Shown here: piece by piece, positions 24,456 to 33,454 of the stretch
How positions within the stretch are numbered: the stretch's first letter is position 1
Layout: each line of letters begins with the position of its first letter
Source of the DNA: Chloroflexota bacterium
GTDB taxonomy: Bacteria > Chloroflexota > Dehalococcoidia > DSTF01 > RBG-16-68-14
NCBI GenBank assembly: GCA_022570885.1
Contig: JACZYW010000002.1
Location: forward strand, 1-39,490
Length of the DNA: 39,490 nucleotides
Direction of reading: 5' to 3'
The notes under the pieces: model-generated
The model's database searches: none
What the model was told of the DNA's origin: nothing
The model's input: only the letters and a program-made list of their open reading frames with translations
Translations under genes and position numbers: made by a program

Positions 24456-25193
24456 TTGGTGGCCGCGATGCTGGTGGCGACGCTGATCAGCGTCGCGTTT
24501 GGCGCCGATCAACCGCCGTCGCCGGGGGTGGTCGTCGAGTGGCTTCGCGGCGACGGTTCGGATGAGCCCGCGACGCCGACGCCTGAGATCGATCTCCAGC
24601 CGACATCGCTGCCGGAGTTGGCCGAGGGCAATGGGTTTAGCTACCCGATCGTAGGCGCTTGCCTGCCGGAATCGAATCTCCTCTTGCCGGGCGCCCCGCG
24701 AGCGTACCGGCAGGGTGTTCATGAAGGGATCGACTTCTACGACGTGGATAGCTGCGTGTTCGTCGGTAGCGATACGGAGGTGCTGGCGGCCAAGGCCGGC
24801 ACGGTGATCCGTGCAGACCACGAGTATGAGGAGTTGACGGCTGAGACGGCGGCGGAGATCACCGCTGAGATCGAGGAGTCCGGCAGCGTCAGCGACGCCA
24901 TGCTCGATCTGTTGCGCGGCCGCCAGGTGTGGATCGATCACGGCGATGGCATGGTGACCCGCTACGCGCATCTGGATGGCGTCGCCGGCGACATCGAGGT
25001 TGGGTCGCAGATCGAGCAGGGACAGCTAATCGCCTACGTCGGTGAGTCCGGCTCGATCGACGCGATCGACGCGCCGGGGAGCGAGGTCCACCTCCACTTC
25101 GAGATCCGCGTCGGCGAGGGCTACCTGGGCGAAGGGCTGGAGGCTGCCGCCGTGCGCCAGCTCTACCAACAGGCGTTCTCGCCCTCACGATAA
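24456..25193 (+). CDS. M23 family metallopeptidase (LytM-type), N-terminal membrane anchor
   Basis: 245 aa. HEGIDF, HGDGMVTRYAHL and EVHLHFEIR are M23 metal-binding motifs. Confidence 0.85.
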   Translation: MVAAMLVATLISVAFGADQPPSPGVVVEWLRGDGSDEPATPTPEIDLQPTSLPELAEGNGFSYPIVGACLPESNLLLPGAPRAYRQGVHEGIDFYDVDSCVFVGSDTEVLAAKAGTVIRADHEYEELTAETAAEITAEIEESGSVSDAMLDLLRGRQVWIDHGDGMVTRYAHLDGVAGDIEVGSQIEQGQLIAYVGESGSIDAIDAPGSEVHLHFEIRVGEGYLGEGLEAAAVRQLYQQAFSPSR

Positions 25194-25195
25194 CG

Positions 25196-25870
25196 ATGGC
25201 TCAGCAGATCGATGCGCCAGCGGAGGAGCAACCAGAGGGGCCGCGCCGTCGCGGGCTCGGCGGGTCAGGTGGCGTGCGTTCCGTCATCGTCTCGTTCGCC
25301 ATCCTGGCCATCATCGTGGGCGGACTCTGGTACTGGGAACGGCGCGCCGATATCGCGATCGATGACAGCGGCTACGGCGTGGTCGAGCTGCCTGCGGCGA
25401 AAAACATCACCGGACGAAAGCCCGTCGCCGAGGTTGGCCGGGCAGCCCCTGACTTCCTGCTGGAGACGCCACAAGGCGGCACACTGCGCCTGAGCGATCT
25501 CCAGGGGCAACCGGTGCTGCTCAACTTCTGGGCCACCTGGTGCCCGCCCTGTCGCGAGGAGATGCCGGAGCTGGTCGCGGCCTATAAGCGCTATCGAGCT
25601 CAGGGGCTGGTCATCGTCGCCGTCAACTTGCAGGAAGCCGATGAGAAAGTGCTGGAGTTTGCCCTGGAGTTCGGCTTGGCCTTCCCGCTCGTTATCGACC
25701 GCAGCAGCCAGGTGGGCGAAGTCTGGCGCTTAGGCGGGCCCGTGCGGGGCATCCCGACCAGCTACTTCATCGACGCGAGCGGCGTCATCCGTTCGCGCTA
25801 CTTCGGGCCAATGCCGGAAGAGGCGATCGAAGAGGGGCTGGCGCTGATCCTGCCGGAAGGTGGCGGCTGA
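25196..25870 (+). CDS. resA: TlpA/ResA-type thiol:disulfide oxidoreductase, membrane-anchored
   Basis: 224 aa. NFWATWCPPCREEMPEL (CxxC). Its stop overlaps the resB ATG (TGATG at 25868-25872). Confidence 0.8.
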   Translation: MAQQIDAPAEEQPEGPRRRGLGGSGGVRSVIVSFAILAIIVGGLWYWERRADIAIDDSGYGVVELPAAKNITGRKPVAEVGRAAPDFLLETPQGGTLRLSDLQGQPVLLNFWATWCPPCREEMPELVAAYKRYRAQGLVIVAVNLQEADEKVLEFALEFGLAFPLVIDRSSQVGEVWRLGGPVRGIPTSYFIDASGVIRSRYFGPMPEEAIEEGLALILPEGGG

Positions 25871-27552
25871 TGGCGGGCGCGGAGACGGCGCAGGACTGGT
25901 CGAAGCTAGCCCGCGGCCTGGAGCGGCTGTCGCCGGTCTGGCGGCTGCTCTCCTCGGGGGGCTTCGCGCTGGCGCTGATCGGGTTCCTGGCGCTGGCCGG
26001 GCTGCTCTCCATCATGCTCCCCCAAGTCCCCGCGCCCATTCGAGACAGCCCGGCCGCGGTGGAGGCCTGGGTGGAGTTTCAGCGCGGGAAGTTCGGGCCG
26101 CTGGCGGAGCCGATGCACCGGCTGGGGCTCTTCAGCGTATTCTCGGCGCGCTGGTTCCTGGGCACGCTCGTGATGCTCGCGGTCTCGGTCTCGATCTACA
26201 CGGCCAGCCGGCTGCCCTATATTTGGCGCAACGTCACCAGCCCGCAAGAGCAGGTGCCGGACGCCTTCTTCGATCGGGCCGCGAACCGCGCCACCTTCGC
26301 CACAGCGGAGCCGATCGCGGGCGTGGACACCGCGTCGCGGCTGGCGGCGGTGCTGCGACGGCGGCGCTTCTCGGTGCGGAGCTTCCGCGCGGAGGGCGCG
26401 ACGTACCTGTTCGCCGATCGCTTCGCCTGGGCGCAGTTGGGCAGCTTCGCCAGCCACCTGGCGATCATCCTGTTCCTGGCCGGAGGTCTCATCTCCCAAC
26501 TGGGCGGCTATACCAACGCCCTGTTCATCGCCGAGGGCACGACCAACCCCATCTTCGCCGTGAGCCACCCGAAGCAGATGCAGGTAGAGGTGATCGACGC
26601 AGTAGGCGAGTTCGACGAGGCTGGGTTGCCGGTCGATTACCGCACGGAGCTGGTGATCTATCAGGGCGGCCGGGAAGTAGAGCGAGGCGTGGTCACGGTG
26701 AACAAACCGCTCTCCTACGGCGGCTATCGCTTCCATCAAGCCGCCTACTTCGGCGAGGGCGCTGACCTGCGCGTGCTCGACGCCGCGACCGGCAACACCG
26801 TCTATCGGGAGGTGCTGCCGCTGCAAGAGTTAGTCCCCGCGCCGATGATCACGATCCGCGATCGCCAGGGAGCCGTGCTGCTGGACGATGTCATCGTGCC
26901 GACCGACTTCATCGCGGAGGCGAGCGGCACGCTCATCACCGTGCCGGAGGATGGCCGTCAGTTCTGGGTGGGGGTGAAGCAGGATGAGGACGAGGCTTGG
27001 ACCCTCGCCGTGTTCGGCCGCGACGAGCCGGAGGTGAGCTTCGTGCTGGCCGCCGGCGAGTCGCGGCAGGCGGGTGGCCTGGAGTTCACGTTCGTCGAGA
27101 CGACGGGCCTGCCGTCGATCACGACGCCCGGCATCCCCGGCGATAACCCGCAGTCGGTGGTGATCATGTCGGAGACGCCGGAAGGCACGGCGTACCTGAC
27201 CGTGCTCGGAGCGGTGGACGGTCGCGCTCTGACGCTGTACCCTAATCAATCAGTGCAGATCGGCGATAAGGAGTATCGTTTCGAGGGACGCCGGGAGTTC
27301 GCCGGCATCGAGGTGCGGCGCGATCCCGGCGCGACGCTTATCTGGGTGGCGGCTGGCCTGCTGTTAGCAGGGTTGCTCGTCACCTTTTACGTGCCGCGTC
27401 TTCGCCTCTGGGCGCGGGTGCGGCCGCAAGAGACGGTGATCGCCGGACTGGCCGAACGCGGAGGCGCCTTCCAATCCGAGGCGAAACGGCTCGCGCGGGA
27501 GTTAGGTGTGCAAACGGTTGAAAACGAGCAGGAGGTAGACAAGGATGGATAG
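25870..27552 (+). CDS. resB: cytochrome c biogenesis protein ResB/Ccs1 (System II)
   Basis: 560 aa. N-terminal TM pair (FALALIGFLALAGLLSIMLPQ; FSARWFLGTLVMLAVSVSIYT), a large soluble domain, and a C-terminal TM. Typical ResB architecture and size. Confidence 0.85.
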   Translation: MAGAETAQDWSKLARGLERLSPVWRLLSSGGFALALIGFLALAGLLSIMLPQVPAPIRDSPAAVEAWVEFQRGKFGPLAEPMHRLGLFSVFSARWFLGTLVMLAVSVSIYTASRLPYIWRNVTSPQEQVPDAFFDRAANRATFATAEPIAGVDTASRLAAVLRRRRFSVRSFRAEGATYLFADRFAWAQLGSFASHLAIILFLAGGLISQLGGYTNALFIAEGTTNPIFAVSHPKQMQVEVIDAVGEFDEAGLPVDYRTELVIYQGGREVERGVVTVNKPLSYGGYRFHQAAYFGEGADLRVLDAATGNTVYREVLPLQELVPAPMITIRDRQGAVLLDDVIVPTDFIAEASGTLITVPEDGRQFWVGVKQDEDEAWTLAVFGRDEPEVSFVLAAGESRQAGGLEFTFVETTGLPSITTPGIPGDNPQSVVIMSETPEGTAYLTVLGAVDGRALTLYPNQSVQIGDKEYRFEGRREFAGIEVRRDPGATLIWVAAGLLLAGLLVTFYVPRLRLWARVRPQETVIAGLAERGGAFQSEAKRLARELGVQTVENEQEVDKDG

Positions 27553-28429
27553 TGCGCTCGCGCTGCTCGCCATCGAGATCGGCATCGATCCAGTGATCCG
27601 CGAGTTCAGCGGCCTGGTGCTCACCTGGCATGGCATCTTCACCGCCTTGGGCATCGCTGCCGGCGTCTTCGTGGCGGTGATCGTGGGCCGCCGCCTGGGC
27701 TTCCTTGAGGACGACGTTTACAGCGTGGCGCTGATCGCCATTCCCACCGGCATCATCGGCGCTCGCGCCCTCTACGTGCTCGAACGCTGGAGCAGGTTCA
27801 GCAGCGATCCGTTGGACATCCTCCGGCTCAACGAAGGCGGCATCTCCATCTACGGCGCTATCTTGGGCGGCGTTGCAGGGGGTCTCGCGTACGTCTGGTT
27901 GCGCAAGCTGCCCATTCGGCGAGCGCTGGACGTGATGCCGTTTGGCGCTCTGGTGGGGATGGCCGTCGGCCGCATCGGCGACCTCATCAACGGCGAGCAC
28001 TTCGCCGAGACGACGGGGCTGCCCTGGGGCGTACGGTATACCCATCTCGAAAGCCCCAGCGTTGTGGCCCATCCGCTGGATGAGTGCGTGCGAGGGCTGG
28101 GCGTATCGGTGGGGGAGCTCTGCGCGCAGCACCCGGTCGTCGTCTATGAACTCATCGGCGATTTGTTGATCTTCGGGCTGCTGTTCGTCGTCCTGCGCTT
28201 CGCGAGGCGAGACGGTGTCACCTTCTTCAGCTTCCTCCTGCTGTATTCGCTGATGCGCTTCGGCGTCAGTGAGCTCCGGCTCGATAGCCGCGAGATCATC
28301 CTGGGGCTGAGCACGCCGCAGGTAACGGCGCTCTTCCTCATCCCGATCGCGCTGGCGGGGCTGCTCTACACCTGGCGACAGCCTATCGCCGAAGCGCCAA
28401 CGCCCGCCGCTGCCGCTCCGAGCACGTGA
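27545..28429 (+). CDS. lgt: prolipoprotein diacylglyceryl transferase
   Basis: 294 aa. GGISIYGAILGG and GRIGDLINGEHF match Lgt signatures. No CcsA WWD motif. Overlaps resB by 8 nt. Confidence 0.85.
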   Translation: MDSALALLAIEIGIDPVIREFSGLVLTWHGIFTALGIAAGVFVAVIVGRRLGFLEDDVYSVALIAIPTGIIGARALYVLERWSRFSSDPLDILRLNEGGISIYGAILGGVAGGLAYVWLRKLPIRRALDVMPFGALVGMAVGRIGDLINGEHFAETTGLPWGVRYTHLESPSVVAHPLDECVRGLGVSVGELCAQHPVVVYELIGDLLIFGLLFVVLRFARRDGVTFFSFLLLYSLMRFGVSELRLDSREIILGLSTPQVTALFLIPIALAGLLYTWRQPIAEAPTPAAAAPST

Positions 28430-28920
28430 CCATGCTGAGCGCGGGCGAACGGGCACCCGATTTCGACCTGGCTGACTTGGCCGGGCAGCAGCATCGATTG
28501 GAGGATGCGCTTCAGCGCGGCCCGGCGCTGGCCGTCTTCTGGAAGTCGGGCTGCAATACCTGCGACCTGACCTTCCCCTACCTCCAGCGCCTCGCCCAGG
28601 CGTACCCGGAGGGCCGCTGGCAACTGCTGGCGATCTCTCAGGATGATGCCCAGGCGAGCGAGGAGTTCGCCCGTCAGTACGGCCTCACGTTTCCGATCCT
28701 GATCGAAGGCGAGGGCTGGCCCGTCTCGCAGCAGTATGACCCGGAGGCGACGCCGACGCTCTACCTGATCGAGCCTGACGGCGTCATTTCGATGACCAGC
28801 GTTGGGTTTCACAAACAGGAGCTAAACGAGATCTCGCGCCGCATCGCCGAGCGGCTGGGGGAGCCGCCGCAGGTCATCGCGGAAGAGGACGATGGCAACC
28901 CGCCGTTCAGGCCGGGCTGA
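28426..28920 (+). CDS. thioredoxin-fold redoxin (AhpC/TSA-TlpA-like), cytoplasmic type
   Basis: 164 aa. ERAPDFDL...LAVFWKSGCNTC (CxxC). GTG 28426 overlaps the lgt stop; ATG 28432 is an alternative start. Confidence 0.75.
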   Translation: MTMLSAGERAPDFDLADLAGQQHRLEDALQRGPALAVFWKSGCNTCDLTFPYLQRLAQAYPEGRWQLLAISQDDAQASEEFARQYGLTFPILIEGEGWPVSQQYDPEATPTLYLIEPDGVISMTSVGFHKQELNEISRRIAERLGEPPQVIAEEDDGNPPFRPG

Positions 28921-28936
28921 GGGTCCAAGCATCGCC

Positions 28937-28956
28937 GGTAGGCCGGTCGGCCTACC
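28937..28956. terminator. hairpin between convergent genes (possible bidirectional terminator)
   Basis: GGTAGGCC-ggtc-GGCCTACC, a perfect 8-bp stem in the 47-nt gap between the redoxin gene and the 3D-domain gene. No clear U-tract. Confidence 0.4.
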
Positions 28957-28967
28957 CTGACTACTGG

Positions 28968-29888
28968 CTACTCGACGATGATAATGTCGCCGCGGGTGCT
29001 GCCGAAGGCCGTCTGCCAGGCCCAGCCATCGGCGGCGTCGTAGAACCAGATGTCTACCCAGGTAGCATTGGGCACGCCCCGGTCCAGGCAGACGTACGTG
29101 CGTCCTGTCGGGTCGTTGGCGATCTGGAAGCGGGTACCGAACGAGAGGTTGTAGCTGCAGGCGGCGGCGCCCGCGAAGACCTGCTGGCCGTTGGCCATGG
29201 CCCCGCAGAAGCCGTTGCCGATGCAGGCGTAGAACGTCACCAGGGTGTTGGGGATGCGAGTGCCGGGGGCGAGCGACGATATGTGGCGCAGCACCGCTGT
29301 GTGCTGGTGCGTCCCAGCGAGCGACGCCTTCAAGGCATCGATCTGTTGCTTCGTGGCGATAGCGTCGTTCAGCGCCGGGAACGTTAGCTGCACGGCCATC
29401 ACCCCCAGGTAGTCCGCCAGGCTCGCCTGGCGGGCGCCTTCGACGAACTGCGCGGTCTCCAGCGCTGTCGAGTCGATTAGATAGCCCGCTCGCTCGAGAA
29501 ATGGGAGCTCCGCCAGGAACGTGGCGGCGCCCAAGTCCTCGATCCGGGTGGCCGCGGTGCCGGTTACGCCGGCGGAGCTCCGCATGGCCGGCGGAGCGGC
29601 CGGGCTCTCCGGCTGGAACGCGGCCCAGACAGGCAGCGCCGTCGTTGCCAAGATCACCAGCACGGCGAACAGGCCGGCGATGACGATATGGCGATTGAAC
29701 TGTTGCCATACTCGCGCCGCCCACTCCGGCTGTGGCGTCAGGGGTTGCGGCCGGGGAGTGAACTGGGGCGGAGCGATGAGCCGGGGGAGCGTCTGCTGGC
29801 GCAGATACGTCAACGCGCCGGCAGTGGTGCCGGACGAAAGCGCATAGGCGCGCGGGCTCTGGGAACGTTGCGAATCAGAAAACAGCAA
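28968..29888 (-). CDS. membrane-anchored 3D-domain (MltA/RlpA-like double-psi barrel) cell-wall protein
   Basis: 306 aa from TTG 29888. One TM (IVIAGLFAVLVILATTAL). C-terminal ACSYNLSFGTRFQI...YVCLDRG...WVDIWFYD resembles 3D domains. Confidence 0.7.
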   Translation of the reverse strand: MLFSDSQRSQSPRAYALSSGTTAGALTYLRQQTLPRLIAPPQFTPRPQPLTPQPEWAARVWQQFNRHIVIAGLFAVLVILATTALPVWAAFQPESPAAPPAMRSSAGVTGTAATRIEDLGAATFLAELPFLERAGYLIDSTALETAQFVEGARQASLADYLGVMAVQLTFPALNDAIATKQQIDALKASLAGTHQHTAVLRHISSLAPGTRIPNTLVTFYACIGNGFCGAMANGQQVFAGAAACSYNLSFGTRFQIANDPTGRTYVCLDRGVPNATWVDIWFYDAADGWAWQTAFGSTRGDIIIVE

Positions 29889-29905
29889 GGGAACTACCTT
29901 GACGA

Positions 29906-29933
29906 ATTATAGGGAACCGGCCAGTACGATCAA
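29906..29933 (-). promoter_or_regulatory. near-consensus promoter of the 3D-domain gene
   Basis: On the minus strand: TTGATC (29933-29928), a 16-nt spacer, then TATAAT (29911-29906), 17 nt upstream of the TTG start, with AAGG between them. Confidence 0.6.
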
Positions 29934-29968
29934 GGCCGGGGGGAGGCTCCGGTTGCAACTCTTGGATT

Positions 29969-30034
29969 TCGTAGCCGAGCCTGGAAGGGCTCGGCGGCGG
30001 CGAGGCTAGAAGGCCTCGCCTTCGGAGAAGCACA
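29969..30034. repeat. ~64-nt intergenic repeat, copy 2
   Basis: TCGTAGCCGAGCCTGGAAGGGCTCGGCGGCGGCGAGGCTAGAAGGCCTCGCCTTCGGAGAAGCACA, compared with 17211-17274. Contains the hairpins GCCGAGCC-tggaa-GGGCTCGGC and GCGAGGC-tagaa-GGCCTCGCC. Confidence 0.8.
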
Positions 30035-30068
30035 CAGTGTATGCAAACTGAAGCACTACCCAAGGCAG

Positions 30069-30087
30069 GCCTGTCCCACGGTATGGG
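30069..30087. repeat. partial copy of the GCCTGTCCCACGGTATGGG repeat
   Basis: A 19-nt identity with 11871-11889. Confidence 0.75.
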
Positions 30088-30130
30088 GTGCTAGGTCAGG
30101 CCGTTAGCACGACATAGCGGGGCCTAACGC

Positions 30131-30820
30131 TCAGTTGTTGGGCGGGCTGGAGACGCTGGCGTTTATTGTGCTCTGGACGATGATGAGCATCTCGTCGTAC
30201 TCCATCCCGCGAGCGATGGTATCTCGGACGATGCCGTTGCGGTCGATGAAGTAGCTCTGAGGCATGCCGCTGCCCCGCTGGTATTCGCGGAATACGCTCT
30301 CGCGCGCATCAAGCAGCCAATAGAAGTTGGGTAGATCCTCTCGGAAATTTCGACTGCGGGTCCAGCCGGTCGCTATGCCCTTCGATTCACCCCGGTTGAG
30401 GGCGAGGACTACCACGTCGTCCGGAAACTGCTCGGCGACCTGCTGGATGAAAGGCATTTCGCGCTCGCAGGGGCCACACCAGGAGGCCCAGAAGTTGATG
30501 AAGACGACCTTGCCCTGGAACTGGTCGAGCCGTACCGCCTGGCGTTCGTAGTCAGGCAGCAGGAAATTCGGCGCGGGACGGCCGGTTCGCGCCTTGGCGT
30601 TCGGCTCGCCGTCGATAATGCCGGCGCGCACCTCCTCGCCGTTCTCGTCGATCGCGGTCAAGCCGCCGCCAAGCGGGTCGGCGACGAACCAGAAGGCGAG
30701 CGCCGCCACGGCGAGCGCCGCCGTGATGCCCAGCCGGCGTCCCAACTTCGGATGCCGCCGGATGAAGCCGGCGATGGGCGATTCTGGTTCTTTGACGCGT
30801 TTGCGTTTTTTCTTAGACAT
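30131..30820 (-). CDS. TlpA-family thiol:disulfide oxidoreductase, membrane-anchored
   Basis: ORF 30131..30931 trimmed to ATG 30820 (MSKKKRKRVKEP..., then the TM ITAALAVAALAFWFV). NFWASWCGPCEREMPF (CxxC). Confidence 0.85.
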   Translation of the reverse strand: MSKKKRKRVKEPESPIAGFIRRHPKLGRRLGITAALAVAALAFWFVADPLGGGLTAIDENGEEVRAGIIDGEPNAKARTGRPAPNFLLPDYERQAVRLDQFQGKVVFINFWASWCGPCEREMPFIQQVAEQFPDDVVVLALNRGESKGIATGWTRSRNFREDLPNFYWLLDARESVFREYQRGSGMPQSYFIDRNGIVRDTIARGMEYDEMLIIVQSTINASVSSPPNN

Positions 30821-30958
30821 AGCTGTAATCCGTTCGGCGAGGTATATCGGACGGTAGCGTAGATACGAGCCGCCCGCTGTGACAGCGATTACATTGGGCG
30901 CTTCTGCATCGAGGCTTCGTCTATGCGACAATAGTGCCGGCGGGGCAAGGAGGGCGCG

Positions 30959-31867
30959 ATGATCTTAGTGACCGGCGGTACCGGCTTTGCGGGAGCGGCG
31001 ACGGTGCGAGAGCTGGCGCGGCGCGGCAAGTCCGTGGCCGTGCTCAGCCGCGACGCATCGAAGGTGGCCGCGCGCTTCCCCGGCCTGACGGTGGAGGCGC
31101 GCCAGGGCGACGTGCGCGACTCGGAGAGCCTGCGAGCGGCATTCGAGGGCATCGAGACCGTGATCAACTGCGTGCAGTTCCCCAACAGCCCGATCGAGAA
31201 CAAAGGCAAAGGCTGGACCTTCGAGCAGATCGATTACCAGGGCACGGTGCGGCAGGTGGAGGCGGCGAAGGCGGCCGGCGTTCAGCGCTTCATCTACCTG
31301 AGCGGCGTCGGCGCCGCCGCCGATGCCGAGAAGCATTGGTTCGTCTTCAAGTGGCAGGCAGAGGAGGCGGTGCGGGCCAGCGGCATTGCCCACGTCATCT
31401 TCCGGCCTAGCTGGCTGTACGGCCCGGACGATGTGGCGCTCAACCGCTTCCTCGGCTTCGCCCGCTGGCTCCCGTTCGTCCCGACGTTCGGGAACGGCAA
31501 GCAGTTGATGCAGCCGCTCTTCGTCGACGACTTGGGCCGCCTCCTCGCCGACGCCGTCGAGCGCGACGATGCCATCGGCCACACGTTCGAGGTCGGCGGG
31601 CCCGAACGGCTATCGATGGACGAAGTGGTCCGCACGGCGCTGGAGGTGACCGGCCGCCGCCGCTTTATCCTCCACCAGCCGGCCGCGTTCGGAAAGCTGC
31701 TGGCGACGTTCCTCCAGCGCTTGCCCGGGCCGCCCCTCACGCCCGACGCCATCGATTTCATCACCCACGAGGCGGTGGCGGACAACTCGGCCCTGGAGCG
31801 CGTCTTCGCGCCGAAGCTGACGCCGCTGCGGGAGGGGCTGGCGACGTACCTGGGGGCCGGGAAGTAG
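30959..31867 (+). CDS. NAD(P)H-binding atypical SDR (NmrA/NDUFA9-like epimerase fold)
   Basis: 302 aa. MILVTGGTGFAGAATVRELARRG. AAGGAGG lies 5 nt upstream of the ATG. Confidence 0.85.
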   Translation: MILVTGGTGFAGAATVRELARRGKSVAVLSRDASKVAARFPGLTVEARQGDVRDSESLRAAFEGIETVINCVQFPNSPIENKGKGWTFEQIDYQGTVRQVEAAKAAGVQRFIYLSGVGAAADAEKHWFVFKWQAEEAVRASGIAHVIFRPSWLYGPDDVALNRFLGFARWLPFVPTFGNGKQLMQPLFVDDLGRLLADAVERDDAIGHTFEVGGPERLSMDEVVRTALEVTGRRRFILHQPAAFGKLLATFLQRLPGPPLTPDAIDFITHEAVADNSALERVFAPKLTPLREGLATYLGAGK

Positions 31868-31886
31868 AGCGCGAGCCAGCCTGGCG

Positions 31887-32537
31887 CTATCTCCGTCGTA
31901 CGCTCAACGCCATTCCGGTTGGCAAGAACGACGTCAGCAGCCGCTCGTCGTCCAGGATACGCAAGCGATACGCTGCGGCTTGGTCGAGGCCGGGGATGTT
32001 CGGGTCGTGCTGGCCGAGGAAGAGGTTGGAAGTGATCAGCAGGCCGCCCGGTCGAAGCAGCCGGAGAAAATGATCGAGATCGGCCAGGTACTCGTCGGGG
32101 TCGCCGTCGGAAAAGACGAGATCGTATGGACCGGTCAGCCCGGGCAGCACCTCTGCGCCGCGTCCTTGGTGAACGGTGATGCGGTCTGCGTACCCTTCCT
32201 GCTCGAAGTGCCGCCGAGCGAACTCTCCGTGACTCCGGTCTTTTTCGATAGTTTCCACTAGGCCATCGGGCGACGAGCCGAACGCCAGCCAAAGGGCGCT
32301 GTATCCGAGGCCGCAGCCGACCTCCAGGATGCGCTTGCTGTCTACCACCGCGGCCAGCGTCCCGAGCGTAGGCCCGCTGCTCGTGGGATAGACGGTACAA
32401 TCCGGCCCGTGGCGCAGGCGATGTTCCTCGGAGGCGCGATAAATGTGCGCGAATCGGTCGCGCGCTTGCGTCTGCTCGACGATCCAGGCGGCGACGGCTT
32501 TCGGGTTATCGGGTTCGCCCGGCGGGAGCGGCATCAC
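31887..32537 (-). CDS. class I SAM-dependent O-methyltransferase (family 3-like)
   Basis: 216 aa. ILEVGCGLGYSALWLA (motif I), DLVFSDGD, LLRPGGLLI. Confidence 0.8.
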   Translation of the reverse strand: MMPLPPGEPDNPKAVAAWIVEQTQARDRFAHIYRASEEHRLRHGPDCTVYPTSSGPTLGTLAAVVDSKRILEVGCGLGYSALWLAFGSSPDGLVETIEKDRSHGEFARRHFEQEGYADRITVHQGRGAEVLPGLTGPYDLVFSDGDPDEYLADLDHFLRLLRPGGLLITSNLFLGQHDPNIPGLDQAAAYRLRILDDERLLTSFLPTGMALSVRRR

Positions 32538-32546
32538 ATCCCTTCG

Positions 32547-33329
32547 CTAGCTCTCCTCGCCCGTGTACTGGAGGGCGGATTTCCCTTCGATGATGGTGCG
32601 TCGCCAGCCTGGGGGCGCTTTGCCCATGAGGAAGGAGACGCGCGGAATGGGTGGCAGGAGGAACGGGCGCAGATGCGCCGGCTCTACCCAATCGAACCCG
32701 CTCTCGTAGGCGAGCGCGCGCAGCTCGCTGAAGCCGCGCAGCCGCACCAGCGGTACCTCTCGCGATAGCAGGTAGTGGTTCCAGCGGTCGAGGAGTTTCG
32801 AGTTCGTCGGCGCGAACTCCCAGGCCAGGAAGAGGCCGCCCGGCTTTAGGACGCGCCGCGCCTCTCGCAGGCAGGCGCGCAGCTCGTCGTCGGTGAGGTA
32901 TTTGAAGACGTGGCTGGAGAGGAGCAGATCGCAGATGTCGTTGGCGAACGGCAACGCTGTCGCCACTCCCTGGGCGAGGCGGATGGTCGGGCCGCCCTCC
33001 CGCGCCATGTCCTGCTGCGCCAGCGAGAGCATGCGCGCGGAGGCGTCGATGCCGATCGGCGGCTGCTCGAGCCGGGCGCGTTCGGCTAGTATGCGGATGA
33101 CGCCGGCCCGGCCGCAGCCGATGTCCAGCACCCGCCACTCTGGGCGGATGCGCAACTCCTCGGGCAGGGTGAACGCTGCGGTGTTCACCAGGATCTGGCC
33201 GGGGACGCTCATGGCGAAGCGCATGGCGGCGGCCAGCGGCCCGCGCTTGTCTAGCCAGCGGTCGTAGCCGCGGCCGGTGCGATGTGGAGGCGAAGGTTCC
33301 ATCAGTTCCATAGTATACGTCAGCCGCAC
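32547..33329 (-). CDS. class I SAM-dependent methyltransferase (UbiE/type 11-like)
   Basis: 260 aa. VLDIGCGRAGVIRILA (motif I), LKPGGLFLAWEF. Confidence 0.8.
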   Translation of the reverse strand: MRLTYTMELMEPSPPHRTGRGYDRWLDKRGPLAAAMRFAMSVPGQILVNTAAFTLPEELRIRPEWRVLDIGCGRAGVIRILAERARLEQPPIGIDASARMLSLAQQDMAREGGPTIRLAQGVATALPFANDICDLLLSSHVFKYLTDDELRACLREARRVLKPGGLFLAWEFAPTNSKLLDRWNHYLLSREVPLVRLRGFSELRALAYESGFDWVEPAHLRPFLLPPIPRVSFLMGKAPPGWRRTIIEGKSALQYTGEES

Positions 33330-33454
33330 GCGAGCGCCCTGCTCGACGCCACGGCGATGCGCTCCAGTCTAGCGCATCGGCGAAAAGGCTTGTCCGCCGT
33401 GTCTGCCACGGCTAGACTGGTGCCGTTGTCAGCGACAGCGAGGAGGAACCGGCC

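Noticed and set aside
27545-28429. The gene after resB considered as resC/ccsA
   Set aside because: It lacks the Trp-rich WWD motif and instead carries the Lgt signatures GGISIYGAILGG and GRIGDLINGEHF. I called it lgt.
25906-28456. Long minus-strand ORFs 25906..26826 (306 aa) and 27380..28456 (358 aa)
   Set aside because: They are antisense to resB and lgt, which have clear TM architecture and motifs, and their composition is Arg/Gly/Pro-biased. The same reasoning applies to 31294..32400 (-), 12877..13623 (-), 35385..36239 (+) and 33320..33988 (-).
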